Part shown: positions 1-13,321 of the stretch, one piece after another
How the letters are laid out: the number at the start of each line of letters is the position of its first letter
Position numbering within the stretch: the stretch's first letter is position 1
NCBI RefSeq assembly: GCF_964204865.1
Contig: NC_135252.1
Coordinates: 20,584,001-20,648,000 of the forward strand
DNA from: Styela clava
Lineage: Eukaryota
Length of the DNA: 64,000 nucleotides
Direction of reading: 5' to 3'
The notes under the pieces: model-generated
What the model was told of the DNA's origin: nothing
Databases searched by the model: none
The model's input: the letters and a program-made list of their open reading frames with translations, nothing else
Program-made: the position numbers and the translations under genes

Positions 1-137
1 GGTTAATGTTTCTGTGGCCCAACAATGGACCATGGCCCACTGGTTGAGAATCAGTAGATTAATTATACCTGTACATATCCCCGTTTATGGCAAAAAATGT
101 CATTTCTTTATAAAATAATAAATAAACCCGATCTCAC

Positions 138-1733
138 TGTGCAATGTATTCTTCAGATTCACTGGTGCTTGATGTCTCGCTGCTCCACCAAACAATCGTT
201 CTTCGTCCGTAAATGCAATGTATGCAGGGGTTTGCCTCGCTTCGTGCTCGTTCGGGATTATCTGTACCTGTAATGCGACTAGAAATTGACATATATAGTT
301 ACGGACAGTACAGAGGAAAAATGAGGCGAAATATCAGTTTTAAAAATATTGCCTAGCAGTGTTTTCCAACCTATGAAAAATTTCTTGAGTCGCTTGTTTT
401 TGAACAACAAAAAACAAAAGTTACTGCTTTTATTTTCTAGTAAATTTTACTGTTTATTTTATATTTCATATATGTTAAAGTTTTGCTCAATAGTAATTGT
501 ATATGTGGTAAGTATCAAAAAAAACGTTTTAGCATTTATTTTGTTATGCTTAAGTAGCCCAGAGATAGAAAGTTAAACCACGCCACGATTTCGGAAACTT
601 CGCTGAGAGCTAACTAGCGCAGCTTCCTCGTTTTGTTTATATTAGTCATCCAATTTTGTAGCCATAAAAGTACAACGTACCATTTAGTATTTGAGCACAT
701 CCTTGGGCCGCGAGATCATACTAAATTTATTTTTTAGAAAATTTGGATCGCTTGAACAAAGTTAGGGAGCCACTGACCTAAAGCAAAATCTACAACAGGG
801 TTTCTCGTATGTGACCACCACGACTCCGAGGGGCTACGATGCGGTCCTCTGGCGACCATGAGCAAAGACCGCGTCATTAGATACCGTCCGCGATGACTGA
901 ATTAATTTCAAATAATTTACCTATGATTTGCATACTTCTTTGATCGTAATGCATTCTTTTTCGTATTACTAATATTAGTATAAAGTCACTTGAACGTCCC
1001 AAAAACGTCCCTTATCATGAGTAGCCATTGAATCATAATAGGCGTTACCCAACATAATAAAAAAATCGTGTGCAAAATACTTGCATTTACGCAAACTATT
1101 AAGCTATTAAGTCATAATACGCGTTATCCAATATGATAGAAATTTCGTGTACAAATCTACAAAATTTTGCAGCGACACAAATAAATATTTACCAAGACGC
1201 TGTCAGATATTGGTCGACGAGTGTTTACGAGCGATCCCTGTCAATATAGTCAGGGAAACGTCTTACTTATAGAAATACCTTAAAAAATAAATACTATTGG
1301 GAGGAATCCCGTGTTGAAGGAAGCAGAAACAAAAAGAGAAAAAAAAAACGGGGATATCGGTCGGAGACCGAAGACTTATCGATGGAAACTGCGGTTTCGA
1401 TTCATGACTCTATAGTGACACCGCGTGTCCCATCACTAATTAATTAATAATTCGCTAATTATACGACATAATTCATCCAAAATAAATAGGCTTCTTTTCC
1501 GAGATATGATGAATGCACATGCAAAATTTGGAGCAGATTCAACCTCGCCTTCGTGAGATATCGCGCGCATCTAACAGACAGACAGACAAATACCTATTAA
1601 CATACTTACCGATCTAAAGATCGATAAGTAATGAAAGAATATGAATGTTTACCTTCCCGTTCACACAAACACCAACGCATAAGAATGTCGTTCCGATGTC
1701 GAATCCAATCGCCGCCATTTCACCTTGTCTCAT
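138..1733 (-). CDS. HSP70-family protein, divergent; first two coding exons (1733-1653, 267-138), gene continues beyond the left edge
   Basis: Spliced translation MRQGEMAAIGFDIGTTFLCVGVCVNGK|VQIIPNEHEARQTPAYIAFTDEERLFGGAARHQAPVNLKNTLH aligns by eye with the HSP70 N-terminus (AIGIDLGTTYSCVGV..GK VEIIAND.GNRTTPSYVAFTD.ERLIGDAAKNQ...NP.NTVF). GT-AG sites, phase 0 then phase 1. Confidence 0.9.
1347..1631. mobile_element. Helentron/HINE-like non-autonomous element, copy 1 (in HSP70-like intron)
   Basis: Subterminal inverted repeat ACTTATCGAT/ATCGATAAGT, terminal hairpin ACTTACCGATCT-AA-AGATCGATAAGT, small hairpin TCGGTC-GGA-GACCGA and (CAGA)n microsatellite. Homologous copies start at ~17980 and ~40107. 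Confidence 0.6.
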
Positions 1734-4700
1734 GAATGACACCTAGAAGTGAATTGAAGGTGAAAGTAAACCTTTTGTTAGCAAACGATATAGTAATTAT
1801 ATGTAGTCGTCAGATTCTTATTGTTACCAAAAGTCTAAGCCGCATAGAAATACTTTCGCTCCACAGAAACGTGTTTTGCAAATATTTACTGTTACAGCGG
1901 TCTTTTTATACAAACAATGTCTGCACATATGGACAGCTAGGTGAGAGAAATACAAGTTATATTTTGATGAAGTTTACAGACCTTTGCTATATACCATCAA
2001 GCCTCTTTCCTTACAATTACAAATCAATGTGGTAAATATAAAGCACAACCAAATTGAATTTTGATGGGCACCAGCTTAGACGTTTATTTGTGTTAAAAGC
2101 TGAGCTCTTGTGACATTTAAATGTAATTATGAGTCGCCAACTTAAGCATATACCTAAAAATTCTGGGAGCAAAAGTTATAATACTCAATCTGCTTGAACT
2201 ATAAATTTGGTCAGGATATTACAAAATCAAAACCAGCCCAGGTAAAAACGGTATATTTTGGGCGATTTATGAAGCGTTCTTCTTGAAAACAACGTTTCGT
2301 TTGACTAATTCTGCTTGACGTTACAGCCTTAGGCATTACCCAGCAAATTGGAAAATCAGCGTGGTTATTTTGTTCAAATGGTATTTCATGTTTTAGGTAT
2401 TTCAAGTATTTAAACTTGTAACAGCCTATACGCGTCGCAATACTACTAAAGAATATAGTTCGAATGGCCCATTTAGCTATATAACAGCAGTCTGCAACAG
2501 AAATTAAGTCTCGATTCTTTCAAATATATTTATTATACCACCAAGTCTTACCACCTGCGCTGGAAAATTGCAATATTGCACCTGCTTGTCTGATGCCTTA
2601 TTGTTCCCTGTTACAGTACGTAATATAAATATAAATAACTTACCAAATACCTTCTTGAAATCCACGAATTCACATACCTACGTTGTACCTAGCGAAAGAA
2701 TTACTTACAATATTATAGTCTAGCCTAGCTACATAGTAAAAAGAGGAACAATAAAATATTACTCTGGTAGCGTCGCATCGTTTTGTGTGTACCGTATTAG
2801 TTTACCGGTTGTCGGCTTCATTCTTGTGCAATGAGGCGTATCGAAGTACCGAGATAGAAATTAACACCTCATTCCTTTTGTCCGATGATTGAATGTATTG
2901 AATTCAGCTCTTTATGGATATGGATTCGGACGAATTGTTATCATTGGTATTGTTGTTATAAAAAATCGTTTTCCTCCACAATTATTGGACTAGTCAATTC
3001 CAAATTTTCAGTACATCAAGATGAAAGAAGTCACAAGACGACTTTTGCTTTTATTATTAATTTTTCGAATTTCCCCAATAAAATTTGGTGTTTCTTTTAC
3101 AATTCTACAATTGTACAACAATTCTTTACGTTTCTAATTTTACAATTTTTGCGTATATTGCACCGCCGCATGTCACGTCGCCTTTCGGCAATAGTCAGCT
3201 AATCCATTACACGTACCAAAGTGGGAACACATTCACCACTGCACAAAATAAAAATAAAATTAGAAATTGTCCAGTTAAGGTGAGCGCTATGGATGCAGAT
3301 TGCGTTGGAAATTCGAATTCTAAATCATTACGAACCCCCATCTTAACTGAATAATCGCTAATTTATTATTATAAAACGTGACAGAATGTTTTTCTCAAAT
3401 TTGCACATTTTTGCATTAGTGGCGGAGGCTTTGTACAAAAGTTACCCAAAGTAAACTGCCACAGCGGTGTATCGCACTGTAATTTGTAATTTCTATTTTG
3501 AAGGTTTTTTGAATGAGACAGATAACAGATTACTGTGTGGATCGCATATTGTACTGCGGTTAGCCCACTGACATTCGCGTCCATATGTTGGAACATTGCT
3601 GCCTCGCAATGGCTACAATGATATCATATTCAAATCGCGTATTTACTTTTGATTACATTTAATGTATATAGCTATGTTACATTGCCTTTCCTTTAGAACA
3701 GGGATCTATACAAGCAGACGCCCATATGCAAAGTGTCACTGTAGCGAGTACTCTCGTGGTATGTGTACCAGGTTAGGGTTAGGCCATAATTTTATTTCGA
3801 TTTCCCTTATTTTAGTTCTATTACTAATTTGGGGACTGTTCGTGTTGACCAAGTGGATATATCCCCTGCCCATAGTTTTTGGTCCCTTTACACAACTTGA
3901 TGTAAAACAGGCGAACAAAATTAGTTACCTCGATATTGGTATACATACTTCTGGAGCGCCCTGTAGCTAGTGCATAAGGATAGTGATTGTATCTTTTGAC
4001 AATTTTCATCACATATTGTTAACAGTGCGTGTTATTTGCCTAAAACAAGGTCGTTGCCCGAATTCATCTCATATATTATTATTTTTCTGCAACGTTTTAT
4101 GCGAAAACGGTAATGACGTATTTTCCCACTCTTGCCCAAGTGTAGCATGTCTTTCTTTTATCGTTCTCAGATAGAAATTTGGTTTCATTGCATACTCTTG
4201 CGTGAAGATTTTAAGTGTATTTCTTCACCTGTTATTAAATTTAATTCGATTGTGCAACTTTGCATTAAACGAATATTTGGCATTATACATTGTATTGTGT
4301 TCCTGTTTGACCTCTGGGGGAGTCAGTGGTAAAGACACGCAGATAGGGACATACTTTCCCTACACCCCCATATTTAAAAGAACCGGTACCGATATGACCT
4401 AAACTGCTTCTAATTTCTAGGTAATCGCGATTTGATTCACCCCCAATAAATGTGCATAGTTTGAGTAGCTATTGTCATTCCAGTTACCGCTTCAACATGC
4501 CTTGCATCTTTTGTACAAAGCAACCACCATCAATGCAAAAATGTGAGATGCAGAAAAAACACCTTCACCACGTTTTAAAATAACAAGTTAGAAATTATCC
4601 AAGGATGGTTAAGGATGGTTTGAATTCCCAACGCAATCTGCATTCCTAACCCTAACTAGATAATTACTAATTTCCTTATTTTGATCGTTGACAGGGTGTT

Positions 4701-4850
4701 TTTCCGCGAGGGCTTCGTACTATCCGACCTGAACATGAAACATGACGGGAATACATCGTCCACTATGTCTGTATTGTTATATGTCTATAATCAAATACCT
4801 ATTAGGTTTGCCCCTATTTCAAACTTGCTGCTACTGTTATTAACTTGTTA

Positions 4851-5099
4851 GGTTGCATTACATTTGAACCCACGACAACTGCACCTGCATACTATTGTAC
4901 CTATGGAATTTTTGTTTTACGGATATTTGAACCCATGACAATTTCACCTGCATACTATTGTACCTATGGAATTTTTGTTTTACGGATGTTTGAACCCATA
5001 CTAACCCTAACCCATGGGGTCTATAGCACCCGCATATAGATTGAACCCGCGGATATACACATGGGTTCATATGTACGTGGGTTCAAATGGACGGCCACC
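4851..5099. mobile_element. MITE with CATTTGAACCCAC termini and an internal 63-bp tandem duplication; inverted copy at ~21843-22046
   Basis: Terminal inverted repeat (catttgaacccac ... gtgggttcaaatg), repeat units starting 4863/4926/4989, CTAACCCTAACCC core. Confidence 0.7.
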
Positions 5100-5696
5100 A
5101 ACTTGCTACCCTTTTGCTTTACCGTATTAGGTTTGTTCATATATAATCAGCCATACAAATATTGCACAGAGTTCCTCGAGCACCTGGAAGGTTTCTTCGG
5201 AAGTCTGCTCAGGATAAAATTCATTAATATATAGGCTTGCGGATTTTGAATAGAAACGTAACCCTGTACGACTGTCATTACAGAACCCTTGGGTACCTTG
5301 AAAATCCCGTTGAAACCACTGCGCCACACGTTAAATAAGATTGCCGACACACATCTCTGTCTTAGAATAGACATAAAAAATCTATTCTGTATCTTTACTG
5401 ATTCGGGCAATCACGCGACAGCATTTAACTAGTTTAATAATAACGCGTTGTACCGTTAGTTGGGTTCTTATGTCTATTTACATTGCGAGTTAGTAAACGT
5501 AACGATAGTGATGGGATAGCTACTCAGTGTTTGATTTTGATTTATTAAACGGCGAAGCATTTTGTTTGTCAAATAATCAGGGATGTGTATTCGGAATCGC
5601 TATTATCGGAATTTTATTGGTATCTAAAATCGTATTTTCAAATGATCAGAGTCAAAAACTGCGTTCGTATTTAAAAAATATCTAAAATTTTGGGTA

Positions 5697-5907
5697 CTCC
5701 TGAAGTATGCGTACCAAGATGGATACCAGGTTAGAATTAGTACATAATTTCAGGTACAAATACTACGGGAGTCACTTGGCTAATCCCCGAACTCGTAATA
5801 GAACTTAAAACAGGGAAAAATGGAATAAAATTATGGCCTAAACCTAAGCCTGTACTCATACTACGTTCCGGTGCCCGCCATATTATAACGCATACTTCAG
5901 GAGTACC
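5697..5907. mobile_element. Palindromic MITE family (CTCCTGAAGTATGCG termini, GGTTAGGGTT core); related pieces at ~3750-3910, 10740-10895, 13168-13235, 37997-38095, 47655-47800
   Basis: gggtactcctgaagtatgcgt ... acgcatacttcaggagtaccc inverted termini; shared internal sequence among copies. Confidence 0.7.
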
Positions 5908-7842
5908 CATTTTTGTTCATGAAACGATTTTCCTGCGGTCTTCATTGTTTATCTAATTTATCTCTTTAAGAACAAAATAGAAAATAAATATAGTTTTCTA
6001 TACTTTTTAAAAAATCCCTATTATTTTCCGCATTACTATTCTTTATTAAGAACGCATTTCGAGGGCGCAAATCTTTTAGTTTTACCTCATAATATTTTAT
6101 TTCCATATTATTGTAACTCGTTCAAAACGTTGTCGAAGATGGTGCTATTTTTAATTACTCAAACCTTTGACTATAGTTTAGAGTTTAGATTTAGGCAGTT
6201 TGTTGCGTCAAAAAAGAAAATTCGAGGTACACTCGTATGAAATAGAGAGTAATTTGCCAGCCCGTCGTAACAATCTCATATTTGTTATTTTTGCATATGA
6301 TTTTCTCTGTGAGTTGTTCGTGTCTGCGGTTAGCGCTTCTTTTATTTATCTTAAAATGTACCATCCTCCAGACAACGTACCACTTGCCAAATACATATAT
6401 ATTCATTTTCTATATTTCTTTGAGAGGCTGGCTCGGTTAGATAAGCCTTGCTTTTTCTATATATTGACGTGTTAAACTTTTACATGTACCCTTGATATTT
6501 CAAATTACTAATACCATTGATATTACATTTTCTACGAAATCGCGCTCTTAGGCAGTTTTATCGTTGAGAGAAATTTATCACATAAATGGCAGAAGCAGAA
6601 ATTAATCGGTATGTTATTCAACAATATTTCCTTTTCTTGTGTTCGGATTATAAATGTTTTAGTTTATCCGATACTTGGAATAATTCGATTGTACTGTCTA
6701 TACCAATGATTTTCATTCTTTTTATCATTGTGGAGCCCCCCCCCCTACAGGTTATCCATTAAGTCTCTTTACAATTTCAATTTTATTATGAAGTCAGTTC
6801 TCAATATATCTTAATCATGTTTGTTGTTTTTTAATCAGTAATTGTTTAAGTATTATTACTTCATTTAATACACCAAAACAATATATCGCATTTATGAATT
6901 TCCTTTGCAATTTAAAAAGAAAATAGGACTTTATGGGCAGGGTCACTATATTTTTGTGACCTCAAATCGGGACGCCTCCGAAGACCATAGCTGTAAATTT
7001 TTTCAACTCTAAATTTACCGATTTTACATTAGAGTCCTACATTTAAAACCATCCCGGCTGTTTTCATTGGTCATATTGTCATCGAGAGTTCATGCTCTGT
7101 CTGTCCAAATATTGATTTCAGTTGGAAAAATAGAAAAAAGTTTACGTTAAGCACCTTTTTGGCGCACGGGGCTTACACGTAACAGATTGTAGCAATTAAC
7201 AGCTAACAAAGTTAGCGAAAATTACTGAAACAAAAAAAACCACGAGTCAACCTTTTCAGTAAGCAATCTAGCGGTACGCTACACTCAACAGTATCGAGAC
7301 ATGCTAACTGAAAATGTCCGTGTATTATGCTGACTGGCTGAACGCCAAAGCGGGGCTTTTGACTGACCGGTCGGGACGCAGGGTCAAGACGTTGAAAAGT
7401 GGGACTGTCCCGCCTAAAACGAGACGTATGGTAAACGTATTATGGGCCACCGATACTATTGCGCTTGTCACGGAACCCCCATCAACAATTATAATAAAAA
7501 AAAACATGAATTTATGGAAATCAATATTTCGGTTTTGGGCACAGAAACTTATTACAAAAGGTGAAATGCAAAAAATCCAATGATATATCCACACTAGGCA
7601 AGCGAATACTGTTTTAATTTTCAATAGCTGTTAATAGCAGGAAATATTATATAACACAAATAGATATTGAGGAATTGGCACACAATTCACACAGTCCACT
7701 CAAATACTCTCTCACCGAGCTCGAATAAGCGTTTCATGGAACCATGGAGTTACAATAAACCGCGGCTAAAAAGCACAAATATATACAGACATTTGGCACC
7801 ATACTGCTCAGTGTTATACGTGGACCTCTGATGAGACTAGAT

Positions 7843-8151
7843 TAGGGGTGGGCATGGTTTTTGGACCAGGGGCCAACAATTTTGTCCCCTTAGACTGGCG
7901 GACCATCTAAGTGTGAGGTAAAGAGTTACATTTTATGAACAATATTACCAGTGTTACAAAAGCAAAAGTGGAAAACAATAAGCATCGTGCCGAAACTAAA
8001 TTTAATCGCAATCTCAACAAATTCCTTGAGCCTTTTTTACCTAAAACACCAAAATTCGGTTTTAGTTTGATTGTGGCAGCATTAGAAGGGCCGGATTAAA
8101 TTACCCATCGGGCCGGGTTTGACCCATCGGGCCGTAGTTTGCCCGCGTTAG
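7843..8151. mobile_element. hAT-type MITE; same family in reverse orientation at 29937-30209
   Basis: (C/T)AGGGGTGGGCA terminus. The 29937-30209 copy has an exact 8-bp TSD CTATATAC. Confidence 0.75.
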
Positions 8152-8305
8152 GGCTAGATTAAGAGAAATTTTATAAGTGAGCCAAATGGAACAGCAGAAA
8201 CATGCAGGATACGAGAATATATCACTTATAAGCAAAGTTCGAACGAAATTGAGAAACATGTTTAACAATGTTTATCATTTTTATCAATTTTTATCATGAT
8301 AATCC

Positions 8306-11300
8306 CTAAGAGAATGCTTTTTCACAGGCATAGGCGCAATGTGAATAGCACTCAGTGTCGTTTACTCCGTCATCCGTTGTTCGCCAAAGATATTCACCAC
8401 AATCCTCGTTTCCGTCGTTATTTGGTTCACCGTTTCTCCATGGAATACTTCTTATATTCGTCAGGATTTCCCCATCTGACCAAACCCAAATCCCCTCTCG
8501 TTCAATGTCATTAAGCCCGATCCATATGCGGATGTTCCGGATACAAATTTTTGGAATAATTTCTCTGGAAATATAAAAAAATAAAAACCTTTTCAGACAT
8601 GTCTTCGAAATAAACGATGATTGAAAATCACTTTTGCATAGATCAAAATGATGAGCAATAACAGATCGTATTAACAATATAAACGGCCCCAATTACCGAT
8701 ATCTGAATGGCCCATTTGGTATTTGGCAACATTATATTACAATAGAGTCAACTAGCCGATGATTTAACAATAACATTGAGGGAACCTAAAATAACAAAGT
8801 GACTTATGTCAAAAATTTCAATCTGCCCATGCATAAAAACTTTTAAAAACTTAGGAATTCTTTTCCATAACCTATATTTGTTTCCATCTGAGTGGCTAAA
8901 TTGTTTTCACATCTTTTACAATATACATACTCCGAGTATTTGACTTAACACTGAGAAAACTTAACTTAGAAAATAGCAACAAACTTCATTAAGTATACGT
9001 TACCTTCTGACAGCAGGATCTCTAAAGCCAGTGGAAATTAACCGAGCACCCAGTTGTTGGCAGCGGTTTCTCGCAGTCTGGTATTCGACTTTCTCGGAAA
9101 ACCCTTTATAAAAAAGATTATTGCTGGCTTTGAACCATCCAGATAACTCGAAAATCTTTTCATTTTGAGATTCGATCACTTTGATCTAATGCAGAGAAAG
9201 TTTTATTATTAGACATCTAAAAAAATTGGGTTGGTTTTTTTTCTCTATCTCCACACTAGACTTCTTGAAAATGTCTTGAATACTGAATCCGACCGCGTGA
9301 AATGAGATTGTGCTTTTAAGCTATGGACTCCTAAAAAGGAAGCTTAACCTAATGCAAGTTTTGTTGAAGTGAAGTCTTAGTTCATGAGGGTAAAGTGAAA
9401 AAGATAAATCCAGGTCGAATCGTAGCCAGGTAGATACTAGGAATCGCTTTGTTTAAAGCCATTGATTAGGCAATTCTAAAAGTTCGCCTCTCCCAAACTT
9501 CTAAATTCTAAAAATATAAAGCGAATATTTCGGCGTTTCTTAGAATCAAAGAAAAACTTACAAGATTATCTTTGTCGGACTGAACATTGTTTTTCATACT
9601 TTCCAGATCATTTTCAGATTTTGTTTTTAACAACAAATATTCAGCACGAAAATCTAAATAAATGAAGGTTTTGTAAATTGTGTTAGAATATATGTAAATG
9701 TGACCCGTAAGGTTTGACACTTATACTTTATCACTTTAATATTATGAGTTTAATAGCAAACTACGGCCCGCGGGCCCAATCCGGCCCGTTGGGTAATTCA
9801 ATCTGGCTAGCCCAGTGGTTCTTAAACTTTTTGAGCCGCGCCCCCCCTTTGAAAAATTTTACAAACTTCGCGCCCCTTTGTTTAAAGCCAAATAGTAGAT
9901 GGTCATCATACATTCTCGGTTTGCTGCTCAGTTTGCAATACCTGGTGAAGTCAAACTAATTATTAAGTAAAATTAAACAAGCAATAAACCTATGCTTTAA
10001 TGTATTTTCTGCTTGAACGTTTACATAAGACACGTGAAATTTCAATCAATTGTTTACTTCATCACTATTGAGCAATGCAAAAATTATTTACTGTGTGTTA
10101 AAAATAAGCAACAATTACAGACTTCTTGGCAACCACGAAAAAGCCGGTCTTTTTAACGAACGCGGAGACCGTTTCAGGAGCCGTTACATGTAAATTTACG
10201 TGACCTCTCGCACCCCCCTGTGAGCATCTCCCGCCCCCTAGGCGATTATATTTGGCGATCTGAGTTGCATGACCGTCAACTCGCAATGTCAAAATCGTCA
10301 AATCAAATCAGTCATTATGTGTACGTTCAGTATATTTCTGTCTTGATATTCAATTACTCATTGTATTTCTATTAGAAATTTTCATATTTATACCTTTCTT
10401 CAATTCGTCAAATCTTTTGTCGGAATCCATTTTATAGATTTCAAAATCGTTTGCGATTTTCATACCTTGGTACATCGCCATTGCAGTCACTATAGTCAGA
10501 ACAACGACAGCAATTTTCAAACCCCAATATTTTTCACCACGTACATCTGTGTGAATAGCAAACAGTATGTGACAAATTGTTTAGTTCTTGCTGTCTAATA
10601 AATTGATTATCGTTATTTTTAAATTGTCAATACGAACAAGCGAGCCATGCTCAAATAGATGTACACGAAGGGCAAAACAATATATTTTATCATTGATTCC
10701 CCGAAAATCATATGCGGTACGGTAATTTACCAGTTCACCTATTTTACATCAAGTTGTGTAAAGGGGCTGAAACCTAAGGGAAAAATTCTCTTGGTTAACA
10801 CAGACAGTCCCCGAACTCGTAATAGAACTAAAATATAGAAAATCGGAAGAACATTATGGCCTAACCCTAACCTGGTACACATACGACGGAAGTACCCAAA
10901 ATCTGTGGCCACCCCACCTAGTCCTACAAAATACGGTAACAATTTTTAATATTTTAATGAAAGAATCTCCTACCTCTGTATTTTTTATCCAAAGTTTTCG
11001 TAATATTTTCGAAGTTTTCAAACTCTTCTGGTAAGTTATTAAGAGTGGAACCTGCAAAATAATAAATCAATATAATGCAAGTTGCTCTACGTTAAAACTA
11101 CAAATTTACAGTCATTTTATATGGATTAACTGGAATAATATGTAAGATTGTGATCATATTTAAACATTTATGTCCTTTGAATAGGTGGGAACCCCACACG
11201 ATGCAAAAACGTTTTTCTTGAGAGTGCCAGGGCCTCTCTCTCGGCAGATCGGAATGGGGTTGGTAACGTGATAAACAAATACATTCAACATAGGCATATA

Positions 11301-12663
11301 CGGCCAACTCATATGCATATAAAGCCAACTCATATGCATATACAGCCAACTCATATGCATAAACAGCAAATTCATATGCATATACAGCAAATTGAATGTA
11401 ATATTCAGCCAGTCAATTGACGTACATACACAGCATATATAGCCAAATCAATATACATACCGTCACGCTAATAACCGAATTGCCTAACTCATTTTTAGCA
11501 GTTTTGAAAAAACGTTAAAAACTTACTAATGATATTGTTATGCCATTTAGAGTCAAATTGCTTATCTGCTTCAATAACATTATTACTTCCTATGTTCAAA
11601 ATAAATATTTCATCAATATAACGCTCTCTGCTCACCCACCGAGAATACGACTTTGCACATAGTATATTAAATATAAAGAATAAAATAACAATGTACCCTT
11701 GAATAAAAACCAACCAATGTGAATTGAACCCAGATAGGGAATATCACAAATGCACACTTTTCTATGCTGTAGTGTAAATTCAAATTTATAAGTGCTAAGT
11801 TAGAATCTGAGATGCAAAAACTCGCAGAAATACTACGCCGATGTTAATTTTGCATTTGCGACGTCACAATAGTCCTCCGTTAACCAACGACTATTCATTA
11901 TGACGGAACAATTGCAAAAATGTGCATATCATACAAAATCGCCATCTTTATGGGTTTCGGAATTCCTGAGATAAAATCTGATTAAACAGGCAGGGGTGCA
12001 GCATTACATAAATAACTATTTTATAAAAAAAAAAAAACTCAAAACCGCCAAAAATGATTTTAGGCAATTCGGTTATTAGCCTGACGATATATAGCATCAT
12101 AAATATGCATATACAACCAACTCATATAAATATAAATCCAACCAATTTTATATGTACAGTCAACTCAAATAGATATAGATATGGATATGGCATTGGCTAT
12201 ATGGGCGGTATATGCATATAGCTTTGACGGTATATGCATATCACATTGGCTGTATATGCATATGGCATTATCGCTATATGCATATTCGTTGGCTGTGAAG
12301 GCATATTTTTGGCTGTATTTGTATATCACGTTTCCAATCCTATTGCCATATCATGACTCAATTAATATTCGTAGCAATAGCAAACAATTTTTATGAATCA
12401 TTGAGAATTATTTCGACAAAATTGAAACAGAATACTTTTCACTCAGCTTCGCCTGTTTTAAAATAGTAAAAATTCAAAATCAATTGTTCGATTAGTTTCG
12501 GAAGAAAAGCAATTTCTTTCAACAAGAATAATTAAGCATAACAATACATATGTACAATAAAATAAAATCAACGAAGAACCGCTAACATATAGTAGTCCTT
12601 ACCTTTGTATATTGATAACTTTTTATCGACATTTCTCTTATATGCTGGCACCGTGGATTCCAT
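8306..12663 (-). CDS. Type II transmembrane C-type lectin A, 274 aa; exons 12663-12603, 11051-10974, 10546-10394, 9653-9562, 9185-9004, 8564-8306
   Basis: All introns GT-AG and in frame (825 nt). Cytoplasmic N-terminus MESTVPAYKRNVDKKLSIYK, TM KIAVVVLTIVTAMAMY, neck, then a CTLD with ARNRC, WIGL, WVWSDG, EPNN, EDC, VND..C and YACEK. Confidence 0.9.
11285..12330. repeat. Foldback-like minisatellite element (~21-bp unit GCCAACTCATATGCATATACA), interrupted by a MITE; related array at 30770-31005
   Basis: Units in one orientation at 11285-11460 and 12090-12180, and in the inverse orientation at 12180-12330. Confidence 0.6.
11460..12087. mobile_element. TA-flanked MITE (Tc1/mariner-type), copy 1
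   Basis: ~38-bp TIR CGTCACGCTAATAACCGAATTGC..., flanked by TA on both sides. Confidence 0.8.
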
Positions 12664-13321
12664 GCACTTCGGTATTAATCACGTTTCTCTGCGAATAATT
12701 TAACTAAAATCTGATTGAGGAAACAAAAGTTCCCGCGACAAAATATGAAAACGTTGAGACAAAGCAACACAGTATGCAGTTGAAAGGGCTAACGCTTAAT
12801 CTAAGACATAATATTTGCCGATCAGCCACCGTGAATGGGCGGCCCCATTGTTTTGCTTGAACGGTTGAACGCCTCAAAATGGAGTCTGTCTGGCTGTTTT
12901 GGCTCGCTGTAGAATCGGGTCATAAGTTGTGTTATCAAATTCGAAATCTCGATTCACCGTTTCCCCAACCAGAATAAAATTTATGCATGAGGAATTTCGT
13001 TATTTGGGGGAAGAAATATTACTTTGTGTGTAGTTAGTTGGTGTAGTGTTCACCGACATTCTTTAATTCGTTAATATGCTTGTAGTACATTTCATGACAT
13101 ATTTCGTCACAAAGTATTCAAACTCGAGAACTGCGCCAAACACCAGAGTGCTATATACGCTTACATTAACCCTAACCTGGTACATAACCTAAGTTCAGGT
13201 TGTGCGCCATCTTGGTGCGCATACTTCAGGAGGTCCAGATGAACTTATTGAATGAGGTTGGTGGTCACTGTTTTAAATAAGCAGGAAAGAGAGAAACGAC
13301 ACCATGTTCTCAATTAAAATA

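Noticed and set aside
68-108. Possible third HSP70-like exon
   Set aside because: Would need a ~30-nt intron, and the peptide does not resemble the expected AKRLIGR segment.
3300-3330. Heat-shock element upstream of the HSP70-like gene (GGAAATTCGAATTC)
   Set aside because: Spacing does not fit contiguous nGAAn inverted pentamers.
4845-5070. ORFs with the repeated peptide FEP...PAYYCTYGIFVLR
   Set aside because: Translation of a 63-bp tandem duplication inside a MITE that recurs at ~21843; not a gene.
11098-11390. Repetitive ORFs (YAYELA / YMHMSWL), also at 12181 and 30772-31069
   Set aside because: Artefacts of the 21-bp ATATGCATAT minisatellite.
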